DNA of 64,000 nucleotides, taken from Candidatus Latescibacterota bacterium (GTDB taxonomy: Bacteria > Latescibacterota > UBA2968 > SICM01). This document shows, one piece after another, positions 20,026-29,431 of the stretch. The stretch lies in assembly GCA_965217865.1 (NCBI GenBank), contig CBDCJO010000002.1, positions 4,448,001 through 4,512,000 of the forward strand. Direction: 5' to 3'. Position 1 is the first letter of the stretch. Each line of letters begins with the position of its first letter. Both the position numbers and the translations under genes were made by a program. The notes under the pieces were generated by a model. It ran no database searches and was not told where the DNA came from. It saw nothing but the letters and a program-made list of their open reading frames with translations.

Positions 20026-21174
20026 TCATTCCCTTCCCAGCCTCCGATCCTCATCGGCCAGCCAATCGGCGTAGTCTCGACTCACGGGCGGTGGCGGCGG
20101 AAGCCCCGCTTCGGTCCGCCATCTGATCAGGGGATGGTCTCGACGGACCTGAGGCAGGTCGACGCGCCTTCCGTATGCCGCGGATTCGAAGATGCCCATC
20201 ATGATCTCCACGACGTGCGTCGCTTCGTCCCCGCTGGACTCGTGATCCCGTCCCTGATCGAGAGCTGTGACATATTCGTCCACGAACGCGTAATCATCCC
20301 AGGCCGCGTTCGAGGAGGGGTCGTAACCGTCGGGATCGGGAAATTCCAAGGGACCGTAGGATACCCCGGGTTCGATATGGGGCGCGGGCAACCACCAGGC
20401 TCCTTTGTTTTTCCATAAGAGCCGCCCCTCGGTCCCCCAGATTTCCACCCCATTAAGGGAGCGGTTCCTCTCAGATAATCGATGATGCAAAAGTGTTGCA
20501 GTTATGCCGTTGTCGAAGCAAAGGGTAGCGGTGATCCTCTCACCTGCGATGGTCCCCATTCCGTGGGGAGAGCGCACGACGTCGTCGGGGGTGATCAGGC
20601 GACCGTCGGTAAGGGCCGTTGCGGTCACGCTTCGACAGTGACCGACCAGACCGATGATGTTGTTCAGAAGATGCGTTCCGATGTTCATCAGCCCGTATCC
20701 CCCGTAGTATCCCTTTCCGGATGCGGTGATGTAACGCACGGACCCGATCTTTCCCTTTGTAATTTCCTGCTCGATCGCTTCAAAGGGGGGAGCGCTTCTC
20801 CCCTGATGGTGCACGGCCACACGGGAACCTTTTTCCCTGGCCTTGGCGAGGATTTCATCCGCCTGTTCGAGATCGAAACAGATCGGCTTTTCCACTTCGA
20901 TGTGCACGCCGTGGTCCAGGACTCGAAGGGAGAGCGGATAATGAAAGTCCGTCCCGGTGGGGATGGCGACAATATCGGGTTCGGTGGCCCGGATCATTTC
21001 ATCGAGATCGGTAAATTTCCGGGGTTCCCCGACCTCCTTTCCGAGGGTTTCCATCAGCTCGGGTTTCAGGTCACAAAGTCCGACGACCTTAGTCCGGCGA
21101 TGCGCGTGGTAGGCACGCGCCGCAGCGGTTCCCCGGGCGCGGCAACCCAGCACGGCAGCGCTGTAAACCTTCAT
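20026..21174 (-). CDS. Gfo/Idh/MocA family oxidoreductase
   Basis: AVLGCRARG, VEKPIC, MNIGTHLL, IWGTEG. Confidence 0.88.
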   Translation of the reverse strand: MKVYSAAVLGCRARGTAAARAYHAHRRTKVVGLCDLKPELMETLGKEVGEPRKFTDLDEMIRATEPDIVAIPTGTDFHYPLSLRVLDHGVHIEVEKPICFDLEQADEILAKAREKGSRVAVHHQGRSAPPFEAIEQEITKGKIGSVRYITASGKGYYGGYGLMNIGTHLLNNIIGLVGHCRSVTATALTDGRLITPDDVVRSPHGMGTIAGERITATLCFDNGITATLLHHRLSERNRSLNGVEIWGTEGRLLWKNKGAWWLPAPHIEPGVSYGPLEFPDPDGYDPSSNAAWDDYAFVDEYVTALDQGRDHESSGDEATHVVEIMMGIFESAAYGRRVDLPQVRRDHPLIRWRTEAGLPPPPPVSRDYADWLADEDRRLGRE

Positions 21175-21184
21175 GGTTTTTCCC

Positions 21185-22099
21185 CTATCCGGTGAACATC
21201 CTGGCGATATCAAAAACCAGGGCAGAGGCGGTGAGCAGGATCACGCCGACAAACGGCGTCCAAAGCCTTTCCGATCGAATCCGATGCGCTGTGATGGCCC
21301 CAAACTGAGCGCCCAGAGTGGAACCGATCATCAGGGAGACGACCAGACCGAGGTGGATGTGACCGTGGAAGGCGTGCGAGACGGTCCCGATCGACGCGAC
21401 GATAACGAGCGGCAGGAGTCCCGTTCCGACGGCCATGGGGAAGGAAAACCCCAATCCGTAGACCAGGACGGGAATCAGCACCACCCCTCCCCCGACCCCC
21501 ATTAACCCGCTGAGAATCCCCAGGCTGAAACCCAAATATACGATGAGGGGAAGCGAAGCGCGGTGAATCCCTGCGTCCGGAAAATTGATAAGGGGGGGGA
21601 TCCTGAGGCGCAAGAGGGGAGGGGGAAGGCCTGGTTTTGAAGGGAGGTGTCTCGCCAATAAAGGCTTTCTGCGGATGTTCCGATGAATGAACTGGAATCC
21701 GATCGAGATCAGCAGGAGGGCGAAGAGGACTTCCAGGATAAACTTGGCCGCTGGAATGCTATGATCGAAGATGGTCAGAGCGCCCATCCGGTTCAAACTC
21801 GCAAGCAGACGTGTTCCCGCGTCCACCCCGAAGATGGAACCGCCCAGGATGATCACGCCGAACTTGAAATCTCCACTTCCCAGGCGCCGGTGCTTCCGGT
21901 AGGCCGATGCCGCCGTGCCGATCATCTGGCAGAGGCCGCTTCCGACGGCTATCGGAAAGGGGATGCCGAACACCAGGTTCAGCATCGGGGTCAGCATGAA
22001 GCCTCCCCCGACTCCGAACAAGCCGGCCGTATAGCCGACGCAGAGTCCCAGGGCGGCCAGTTGGAGGATGGAAACCGTTTGTCCGGCTATGTCCAGCAT
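21185..22099 (-). CDS. Sulfite exporter TauE/SafE family membrane protein
   Basis: Duplicated GLFGVGGGFMLTP / GLMGVGGGVVLIP motifs; AVGS/AVGT. Confidence 0.9.
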   Translation of the reverse strand: MLDIAGQTVSILQLAALGLCVGYTAGLFGVGGGFMLTPMLNLVFGIPFPIAVGSGLCQMIGTAASAYRKHRRLGSGDFKFGVIILGGSIFGVDAGTRLLASLNRMGALTIFDHSIPAAKFILEVLFALLLISIGFQFIHRNIRRKPLLARHLPSKPGLPPPLLRLRIPPLINFPDAGIHRASLPLIVYLGFSLGILSGLMGVGGGVVLIPVLVYGLGFSFPMAVGTGLLPLVIVASIGTVSHAFHGHIHLGLVVSLMIGSTLGAQFGAITAHRIRSERLWTPFVGVILLTASALVFDIARMFTG

Positions 22100-22106
22100 C
22101 GAGAGG

Positions 22107-22298
22107 TCATATTCGGTAATCGAGGGTCGGGGGGGTCCGGGAAAAGGGGGGTTGCTTTTGCGGTGGCTCGTCCGGGGAGGACTTCCTCCGTTTTTGCAAA
22201 TAGCCCTCCAACCTTCCGAACACCCATTCCGCCAGCAGCCCCCATGCCAGGGGGGCGATGACGCAGAGGGCAACGTATACCCACGTCGTGTCGAGCAT
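22107..22298 (-). CDS. Small single-pass membrane protein
   Basis: One TM helix (WVYVALCVIAPLAWGLL) exactly filling the gap between the DUF5069 and TauE genes. Confidence 0.55.
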   Translation of the reverse strand: MLDTTWVYVALCVIAPLAWGLLAEWVFGRLEGYLQKRRKSSPDEPPQKQPPFSRTPPTLDYRI

Positions 22299-22313
22299 TT
22301 TAATCACCTGCGG

Positions 22314-23615
22314 TCAGTTTCCGGACCAGAGTCGATCGAAGGAGATCCGATCGTCCAGGTCCATCAGTTCGAGCCATGTCCGGATGGTCTTCGTCTCACC
22401 GGGATCGAGTTTCTCTATTGCCGTTTTCAGAAATTCCCACTGCGGGTCCGTCCGCGGCCCCAGCCCGACAGTTTCGTCATTGTACGTGACGATCTCTTTT
22501 GGCGAATTTGGACACTTATCCTTAACCCACGCGGCCACATCCGCGTCCGTGGGACAGGCTCTGAGGGTTTCGGAGAATTCCTGGGGGTTGACCCCCAAGA
22601 ACTCAAGGAGATTCCGGTCCATCCCGGAGTCTTCCCCATACCAGTAATCCCCCAGGGTCCCGTTGTGGTATGCCCGTCCTTTGTCGATCGTGCGGGCAAG
22701 GCCTGCGATCCCCGCGACTTCGGTTTCGTAACCGCTTCGGGGAGGATGCCTTCTGAGGTCGATCATGCCAAATGATTTCTCGTCATCGAGGTCCATGAGC
22801 TTGAACCATACCCCCACATCGGGTTGTGAAGGATCCAGTTTCTTGACGGTTTCTTTCAGATAAGCCCACTCCTCTTCGGTTTCAGGTCCAAACATCACAG
22901 CCTTGCGGTTGAAAGCCGCGATTTCCTCACCGGTCTTTTGGGTCTTTCCCCGGACCCACGCTCCGAGTTCAATATCGTTCGGATTCCGGTACGCGGCCTC
23001 CTCGAAGGATTCCTGCGAAAGCCCCAGCCACTCCAAGACCTTTTGGTCCAGGCCTGAATCACGCCCATACTGGTATTCGCCCAGCTTTTTGCTTCGCCGT
23101 CCCCGGGCCTTTTCGGCCATGCGTGCGAGTCCGACGATCCCGGCCACGGCCCTATCATAGGCCGAACGGGGTGGCGCGGCCGTGAGGTCCTTTTCCCTGA
23201 AGCACCCCCAATCGTCAAGCTCCTGCGACTGGAATCCGGTTCGCACGTCGCGTCCGTCTCCGAACTTCTCCACCCGTTCTCTCAGGATCGCCTTCATCTC
23301 CCCGGACTCAGGTTCCCGGTTGATGTATTCCTGATTGAATTCGTCGATCTCTTTTTCGCTCTTTCCCGACTTATCCCTCACCCAACCCCCAAGGGTTTCG
23401 TCTTCCATCTCCAGAGCGGGTCCCTCGAATTCTTCCGCGGAGATGCCGAGGAATTCGAGCAAGGCCTTGTCCTGTCCTGAATCGTTTCCAAAAAAATAGT
23501 CTCCGAGCGTTCCGTCCTCGTGCGCCCGGGCCTTGTCCGTCATCCGGGCAACGCCCACGATCCCGGCTATACTCGTGTTCGAAGGCCGTCGAGGGGGCTG
23601 GATTCGAAGGTCCAT
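22314..23615 (-). CDS. Protein with three tandem DUF5069 domains
   Basis: Three ~143-aa repeats: DL...PPRS.....AGI.GLARM.DKARA...GTLGDY.YG.DSG.D...LEFLG. Confidence 0.8.
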   Translation of the reverse strand: MDLRIQPPRRPSNTSIAGIVGVARMTDKARAHEDGTLGDYFFGNDSGQDKALLEFLGISAEEFEGPALEMEDETLGGWVRDKSGKSEKEIDEFNQEYINREPESGEMKAILRERVEKFGDGRDVRTGFQSQELDDWGCFREKDLTAAPPRSAYDRAVAGIVGLARMAEKARGRRSKKLGEYQYGRDSGLDQKVLEWLGLSQESFEEAAYRNPNDIELGAWVRGKTQKTGEEIAAFNRKAVMFGPETEEEWAYLKETVKKLDPSQPDVGVWFKLMDLDDEKSFGMIDLRRHPPRSGYETEVAGIAGLARTIDKGRAYHNGTLGDYWYGEDSGMDRNLLEFLGVNPQEFSETLRACPTDADVAAWVKDKCPNSPKEIVTYNDETVGLGPRTDPQWEFLKTAIEKLDPGETKTIRTWLELMDLDDRISFDRLWSGN

Positions 23616-23814
23616 GGTCAGTGCCTTTCGTGAATTGTGGTAAAACCTTAAAGACTATTCTCCAAAGAGATCAGTTTGGCACGGCGATTGCAAAAATAGA
23701 GCCCAGGATGCACCCCGAAGGTTGAAAAACCGCGTCTTTTCGGGCAATATGGATTATCTGGAAGCGTTGGTTTAGCGGCCTTCCGCGGAAGAAGTTTAGG
23801 TACAGGAGGAAAAA

Positions 23815-24003
23815 ATGTCCCCCGAAACCATACAGAGCATCATAGAAGTGTTCGGCGTGGAGAAAGGCCTGCACATCCTGAACATGTTCACGGTGACGGA
23901 TGATCCGAGCCTGGCCAATCTCACGAAGCCGCCATCTCCGATTCGAAATCGTCCCGAACACCTGATGAAGGTCACGGACCCGGACCGCAGAAGGGCCGGC
24001 TGA
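23815..24003 (+). CDS. Small hypothetical protein (62 aa)
   Basis: Strong AGGAGG RBS, ATG, intergenic, protein-like composition. Confidence 0.55.
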   Translation: MSPETIQSIIEVFGVEKGLHILNMFTVTDDPSLANLTKPPSPIRNRPEHLMKVTDPDRRRAG

Positions 24004-24038
24004 CCGGATACCTGAGCCGTTCCTCGCACAGGTTCAGA

Positions 24039-24980
24039 TCAATCCAAGAAGGCCTCGACACTGAAGTAGCGCTCCCCTGAATCGCACAAGATCGTCACCA
24101 CCCTTTTACCCCTCCCAAGCCGCCTTGCGACCTGCAAGGATGCAGCCACATTCGCCCCCGCCGAGACGCCGACCAAAAGCCCCTCCTCCCGGGAAAGCCG
24201 ACGGGACATCTGGAACGCCGAATCCTCTTCCACGGTCATGATTTCATCAATAATGTCTCTGTTCAGGATTGACGGAATGAATCCGGCACCGATGCCCTGA
24301 ATGTTGTGGACACCGGCCTTCTTCCCGGAGAGAACGGCCGATGCCGCGGGTTCCACGGCCACAACACGGATGTTCGGATTCCGGTTTTTGAGAATTTCAC
24401 CCACGCCGGTGATTGTCCCCCCCGTCCCTACCCCGGCCACGAAGGCATCGAGGTTTCCGTCCGTGGCCTCGAGAATTTCCAGGGCGGTGGTGTTTCTATG
24501 CGCTTCGGGATTCGCGGGATTGTCGAACTGTTGGGGCATGAAACAGTCCGGATCCCCCGAAACGATCTCCTTGGCCTTTTCGACTGATCCGGGCATGTCC
24601 TCTTCACCCGGCGTGAGGACAACTTCCACTCCTAAGCTGGCCAGTATGCTGCGCCGTTCCTCACTCATACTGTCGGGCATCGTGATGATGAGGCGGTAAC
24701 TCTTCCTGGCCGCCGCGATGGCAAGGCCGATTCCGGTGTTCCCGCTTGTGGGCTCGACGATGGTCATCCCCGGCTTGAGCTCGCCGCTTCTTTCAGCCGC
24801 CTCGATCATCTCCCGACCGATACGATCTTTAACGCTTCTGCCCGGATTGAAGGTCTCGACCTTGCAGCAGACCTCCGCCATGTCGGGTTCAACGATGCGG
24901 TTCAGGCGGATGAGCGGTGTATCCCCGATCAGGTCCAGAATATCATCCACAACGATATTGTCGGAAGGCATGATCTCCAA
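24039..24980 (-). CDS. cysK: Cysteine synthase A
   Basis: IGDTPLIRL, NPGRSVKDR (PLP lysine), EPTSGNTGIG, QFDNPAN, GVGTGGT, IQGIGAG, DSGERYFS. Confidence 0.95.
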   Translation of the reverse strand: MEIMPSDNIVVDDILDLIGDTPLIRLNRIVEPDMAEVCCKVETFNPGRSVKDRIGREMIEAAERSGELKPGMTIVEPTSGNTGIGLAIAAARKSYRLIITMPDSMSEERRSILASLGVEVVLTPGEEDMPGSVEKAKEIVSGDPDCFMPQQFDNPANPEAHRNTTALEILEATDGNLDAFVAGVGTGGTITGVGEILKNRNPNIRVVAVEPAASAVLSGKKAGVHNIQGIGAGFIPSILNRDIIDEIMTVEEDSAFQMSRRLSREEGLLVGVSAGANVAASLQVARRLGRGKRVVTILCDSGERYFSVEAFLD

Positions 24981-25008
24981 GTTCGATTAGACTCAACGTG
25001 TCAAAGGA

Positions 25009-25449
25009 TCAACTCTCGGCCGCAAGGATGGCTTTCTTTCCCAGGACGCGGATGTCTTTCGCGATGTCCGGATGGTCCAGCTCCGAAGCCGAATTCCATC
25101 GACACCCGTCTGTCTCCCGAATCGATGGGGTAAGTTCTCCGCCAACCACCCGGCCAAAATAGATCAGGTCGATATGTTCGTGACCTTCAGCGATCTTTTC
25201 CAGGAGCACGCATACCGGTTGCGACAGGACGGAAACCTCTCCCAACCGTGTCCGAGGTTGGAGAAGCTGGACCTCCAAACCCGTCTCCTCCCGCACCTCC
25301 CGCACGGCTGCATCGCACGGAAGTTCATTCGGGTGGATATGTCCCCCGGGGGGGAGCCATAATCGGAGTTTTTTGTGGAGGAGAAGGAGAGTTCGACCTT
25401 CCTGAACCACAAAGACCGTTGCGGTAAAGTCGCGGTGGACCTCGGGCAT
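25009..25449 (-). CDS. NUDIX hydrolase
   Basis: GGHIHPNE..CDAAVREVREETGL Nudix box. Confidence 0.92.
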   Translation of the reverse strand: MPEVHRDFTATVFVVQEGRTLLLLHKKLRLWLPPGGHIHPNELPCDAAVREVREETGLEVQLLQPRTRLGEVSVLSQPVCVLLEKIAEGHEHIDLIYFGRVVGGELTPSIRETDGCRWNSASELDHPDIAKDIRVLGKKAILAAES

Positions 25450-25600
25450 GTCCCTTTAATATATTAGAATTTCTTTTTGCGCGAAAGCCTATATTTTGTT
25501 ATCATCATTTGTGCGAGTTGGCCTCATACGAAGCCCTGGAAAATTTACAGAGCCCGATCGTCCTAATCCCACAACCACGAAATACAGGAGGCGTGTAGAT

Positions 25601-25927
25601 ATGGCTGACCCAAAAATTGTCGCTTACCTCAAGCCGGTCTGCGGTTGGAGCAATGGTGTCCGGGCGATTTTTAATAAGTACAATTTGAGTTTTGAGGACA
25701 GGGATATCATCAACGATCCCCGACAGTATCAGGAGATGGTGGCCAAGAGCGGCCAACCGCTTTCGCCTTGCGTTGAGATCGACGAAATTATGTTGCCGGA
25801 CGTTAGCGGCGACGAGGTGGAAGCCTATATATTGGAGAAGGGGATTGTGCAGGCTTCGGACGTGAAGCCGGATGTGCCGACGAATCAGGCCTGCGATGAT
25901 CACGGGACGCCCGTGGACATATCATAG
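25601..25927 (+). CDS. Glutaredoxin-like protein
   Basis: AGGAGG RBS; YLKPVCGWS active site and KSGQPLSPCVEID cis-Pro loop. Confidence 0.85.
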   Translation: MADPKIVAYLKPVCGWSNGVRAIFNKYNLSFEDRDIINDPRQYQEMVAKSGQPLSPCVEIDEIMLPDVSGDEVEAYILEKGIVQASDVKPDVPTNQACDDHGTPVDIS

Positions 25928-26065
25928 CGGCGCGTAAATAAAGAAAGGCGCGCCATGGAAATGGAAAATGCAAAATGAAACCGCGTCGCGCCTAAAACCT
26001 GTATGACTTGAGTTAAAAGCCCCGGCTCTTCAGGGATAGGGAGAAGGGGAGATCGATTGAGATGG

Positions 26066-26103
26066 AAAAAGGAGTCCGACATTCGAAGTCGGACTCCTTT
26101 TTT
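26066..26103. terminator. Bidirectional intrinsic terminator
   Basis: AAAAA-ggagtccgac-attcgaa-gtcggactcc-TTTTTT between convergent genes. Confidence 0.85.
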
Positions 26104-26152
26104 ATGCCCAGGCGGCTGTTTGAAAGAGGCGCCCCGGACGGAGCATCCGGTT

Positions 26153-27193
26153 TCAATCCCTTTTATACAGGTCCGTAAGGGGATAGTAGTCCGCCCAGGC
26201 GAACCAGTAGGCGTCCAGATGGAGGAGATGCTTGAGTTTCTCGCCGTCGTTGGATTGTCCGGTCATCAGATTCCAGGTACGGCCCGTGTCGTCGGTGATC
26301 CGATCTCTTCTTTTGGGTTCTGAAAAGGTGAGGAGAGATCCGTCCTTCGCCCGTCGCTAATAGACCGCCGAAGCCAGGGTTTTCCGATCGTGGAACACGA
26401 GGATCGGTGTGTCTGCGAGGTCGTCCTGGATGATCCGCGTCTTCTTGAAGGCTTTGTGGGGATAGGCCTTCGCACGATCTCCGACCACGACCCCCACGAC
26501 CCTGTCCTTCACCCAGAGCCGGCGATCCTTTCGCTCCGTTTTGTAGAGGCCGGTCCTGGGCGAGCTGTGGTACTCTTCGTAAGAGTCCCGCCGATCCTCC
26601 CATCCATCAACTGAGAGCACCAATGTCTCGGGATGCTGGTCACGCCAGGCTTCCCACTTGACCATGGGCACAGACGTCAGCATTCGAAGCCGCGCGCCCT
26701 GAAGGGGACCCAGGATTGCTTCCCCCGTAAAGTGAGACCAAAACGTCCCGGTCTGGTGATCATACATCAGAAAAGCGTTTCGCCAGAGCTTCCCGGTCAC
26801 CCCGAAGGTGTAGACCTTTCCGTCGAGTTCCCGGCTATACACGATAGCCGATGCGCAGAGGGGTCACCACGTGGCTGCGATGGGTTTTCCACCTACGATG
26901 TCGTTGACGATCTCGTGGCCGTTCAGGAGGTGGATGGAGTAGGCGTGGCTCTCGCCGTTTATGGAGACGCCGGCGACAGGCGCCCGTTTTCCGATCTTTG
27001 CCTCTTCCGCGGTCTTGAAGACGGGATCCAGGATCGCCGGGATGGCATCCTTCGGGAGAACGGTCTGAATGACGATCTCATTCTCGGATTTCCCAAGGGG
27101 TTCTGCGCGTGCTTCGGAAATTCCGACCATGAGGCCGAGGGTGAGCAGCCCGCGGAACAGGGATGGCCTGAGTCGATTGGCCGCAGAGACCAT
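26153..27193 (-). CDS. DUF3179 family selenoprotein (U-P-L-C), with an additional in-frame TAG
   Basis: ORFs 26864-27193 and 26357-26842 and the segment 26153-26356 share one frame: KDAIPAI...HEIVND...TW[TGA]PLC...GKLWRNAFLMYD...AVY[TAG]RRAKDG..LTF...YWFAWADYYP. Confidence 0.8.
26832..26850 (-). promoter_or_regulatory. Candidate bacterial SECIS hairpin
   Basis: CGGCUAU-CGUGU-AUAGCCG perfect 7-bp stem starting 13 nt after the in-frame UGA. Confidence 0.6.
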
Positions 27194-27194
27194 A

Positions 27195-28163
27195 TCAGCA
27201 ACATCCTCCCCCGGTGTAGTGATAGGTCGATGGGGTCACGTGGATGTCGTCCCGTTCCATGGCTCCGAACCAGCGGGCGGTTTTATCGCAGACCGGGAGC
27301 GGGACGTCGGAAGCCAGGATGTGTCCCTTACCGTCGTCGAAAGCGCCTTCGCCCGTATAGATGACCGTCCGACCGGTGAATATGCACGGCCCATCGAAGG
27401 GTACAGGGTCGTTGAACGCGGCCAACTCCACGGTCTCCAACAGGATATCCCCTTCGACATCGTAGCGCCCGCGGTCGAGGAGCCGGTAGGGTCTTCGGCC
27501 CCGTACCTCCAGCGTGCCGAAGCCGGCCTGCGTGATTTTTAAGAGGTAGCGGTCCAGCGGGAGGGCCCCGGACAGGCACAACGCACGGAGGCGTTCGTCC
27601 GCACGGAGGTGAGCCGGGATCGGGTCTTCCTCCGTTACCGGATCGGAAATCGTCAAGGCGCCCCGAGGCCGAAGGACGCGCCGAATCTCTTTTAGGGCCA
27701 CGGTCAGGTCCTCCTCTTCGAAGATGTTGAACAGGCAATTTTGGGCAGCCAAGTCAACTGTGTCGTCCGGCAAGGGAAGTTCCAGGGCGTCTCCTTCCGT
27801 GAGCGTGACGAAAGACGGGTCGAACCAGGGATTTTCTTTCGAGGCGATTTCAAGATTGGATCGGGCCTTCTCCAGCATCTCGGGGACGCTGTCCACTGCG
27901 ATGACGGATCCTTCCCTGCGGGTAAAGTAGGCGAACTGAAGCGCTTCCATACCGCCGCCCACCCCCCCATACAGGATCGTCATTTCCGGACGAAGGTCCT
28001 GAAGATGGAGGGTCGTTCCGCAGCCGTAGTTCATCTCCAGCATGGCTTCCGGGATGGAAAGACCGGGGAGTTGATAGGGTTTTGAAGCGGTGCAGCAGAG
28101 TCCCGCTTGTGGGGTCAAGGCCGCCTCCCGGTAGACTTCCTTCGTCGTTTCCAGGTAGCTCAT
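27195..28163 (-). CDS. arsM: ArsM-like SAM methyltransferase (arsenosugar-pathway type)
   Basis: MSYLET...AGLCC, MNYGCG, GVGGGMEALQF, AQNCLFNI, LCLSGA, VCDKTA, C-terminal GGGCC. Confidence 0.8.
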   Translation of the reverse strand: MSYLETTKEVYREAALTPQAGLCCTASKPYQLPGLSIPEAMLEMNYGCGTTLHLQDLRPEMTILYGGVGGGMEALQFAYFTRREGSVIAVDSVPEMLEKARSNLEIASKENPWFDPSFVTLTEGDALELPLPDDTVDLAAQNCLFNIFEEEDLTVALKEIRRVLRPRGALTISDPVTEEDPIPAHLRADERLRALCLSGALPLDRYLLKITQAGFGTLEVRGRRPYRLLDRGRYDVEGDILLETVELAAFNDPVPFDGPCIFTGRTVIYTGEGAFDDGKGHILASDVPLPVCDKTARWFGAMERDDIHVTPSTYHYTGGGCC

Positions 28164-29404
28164 ATATCCCTCGGCGTGTTTAATGGGGGAACGATGTCGA
28201 AAGTCAGGACCGTCCCATCCACTTCGCGGCTGTATGGGATGGCCAGGTCTCCCTCACGATTCCAGACGATCAGGATAGGACGCCCGTCGAGAAGATCGTT
28301 GATGGCTTCCTGGGCCCCCAGGTCGATGAACGGATAGGCCCTTGGTGTTCCGAGCTCCCCCCGGATGCCCAGGACCATCTGCTTCGGATGATAGAGAATT
28401 CGATCCCTGTTATATTGGTGGTCGGTGAGGTCCTGGGCGAGAGGGTAGAAAAGATATGGTGCACTCCTGTAATTGCCGTAAGGGTACTGGTCATAGTTAC
28501 GGCCCTGACCGGTTTCCGGATTGACGACCTTCGTATCCGGGTGGAGCCTTTTCCAGAGACCCCAGGTGGTTTCGACCACCGGGAGAAGTTCAAGATCCGG
28601 CACTTCTTCTTTGTTGATGGGCTCATACAGCATCTGGGGATAGAGGGTTCTTCCGTCCCCCTGGTCGAACATGATCAGGTTGGAGTTGAAGAGTTGTCCG
28701 GAAACCCCCAACTCGAGCCGATCGGCTCCGGCCCCACGGTCACCGTCGAAGACCAGGCCGCTGCATGTCAGCGGGCAGAAGGTCACGCAGATGGGTTGTC
28801 CGCCGACCACGTCGTTGACGATCTCGTGCCACCATCCGATGGCGTGCGGGTAAGCCCGAGCATCTCCGTTGATTTCCACGCCCAGGATAATATCCGAATC
28901 GGCCCATAGGGCGTCAGATGAGGCCTGCATCCTGGGGTCTGTGAGGGCCGGGATGCCGTCCCTGGACACGCCTCCGGAGAAGACCTTATCGGTGGGAAAC
29001 GGGTTAAGGTCCTGAAAATTCATGCCATCGCCCGTCATCGGAAGGCCGTAAACCTCGGTGTCCCCCCAGAATGCGAGCCACGCGAACCACATGGCGTTGT
29101 GCGCGGGGATCTGTTCCAGTTTCCTCCCTTCCAACCGACCACTAATGGCTTCCCCCTTGATGTTCCAAGTGGTGCCGGTTTCCTGGTCCTTCAAGTTGAA
29201 AAGCTCGTCGACCTCGGGGACAGCCGGGGTGGCGGGTTCGGACGCGGATGGGCCCGATTCCGGGGAGGCCCCGCCAGTGGTGGAGACCGGAGCGACGGGG
29301 GAGCCCCCGCCTCCGCCACCGCCTCCCTTTCCTCCACAGGAAAGGGGTCCGAGGGCCATGAGGAGCAGGAGGGGAGTCAGGATCAAAAAGGATGGGGTTT
29401 TCAT
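28160..29404 (-). CDS. DUF3179 lipoprotein (circularly permuted)
   Basis: Lipobox LSC plus Gly/Pro linker; SGGVSRDGIPAL, ARAYP, HEIVND, TFCPLT, GVSG.LFNSNLIMFD. Confidence 0.85.
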   Translation of the reverse strand: MKTPSFLILTPLLLLMALGPLSCGGKGGGGGGGGSPVAPVSTTGGASPESGPSASEPATPAVPEVDELFNLKDQETGTTWNIKGEAISGRLEGRKLEQIPAHNAMWFAWLAFWGDTEVYGLPMTGDGMNFQDLNPFPTDKVFSGGVSRDGIPALTDPRMQASSDALWADSDIILGVEINGDARAYPHAIGWWHEIVNDVVGGQPICVTFCPLTCSGLVFDGDRGAGADRLELGVSGQLFNSNLIMFDQGDGRTLYPQMLYEPINKEEVPDLELLPVVETTWGLWKRLHPDTKVVNPETGQGRNYDQYPYGNYRSAPYLFYPLAQDLTDHQYNRDRILYHPKQMVLGIRGELGTPRAYPFIDLGAQEAINDLLDGRPILIVWNREGDLAIPYSREVDGTVLTFDIVPPLNTPRDI

Positions 29405-29431
29405 TGGTTTTAAGGATCCTCCTCCGTGTCT

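Noticed and set aside
26010-26050. Possible IS605-like end (aaagccccggctcttcagggataggg)
   Set aside because: Poor hairpin, with no partner end or transposase remnant.
26153-27193. Genome-wide stop-codon reassignment
   Set aside because: TGA and TAG end many other genes here at their expected C-termini.
27195-28163. Complete arsenosugar or classical ars resistance operon
   Set aside because: No arsS radical SAM, arsR, arsC or acr3/arsB gene in the window.
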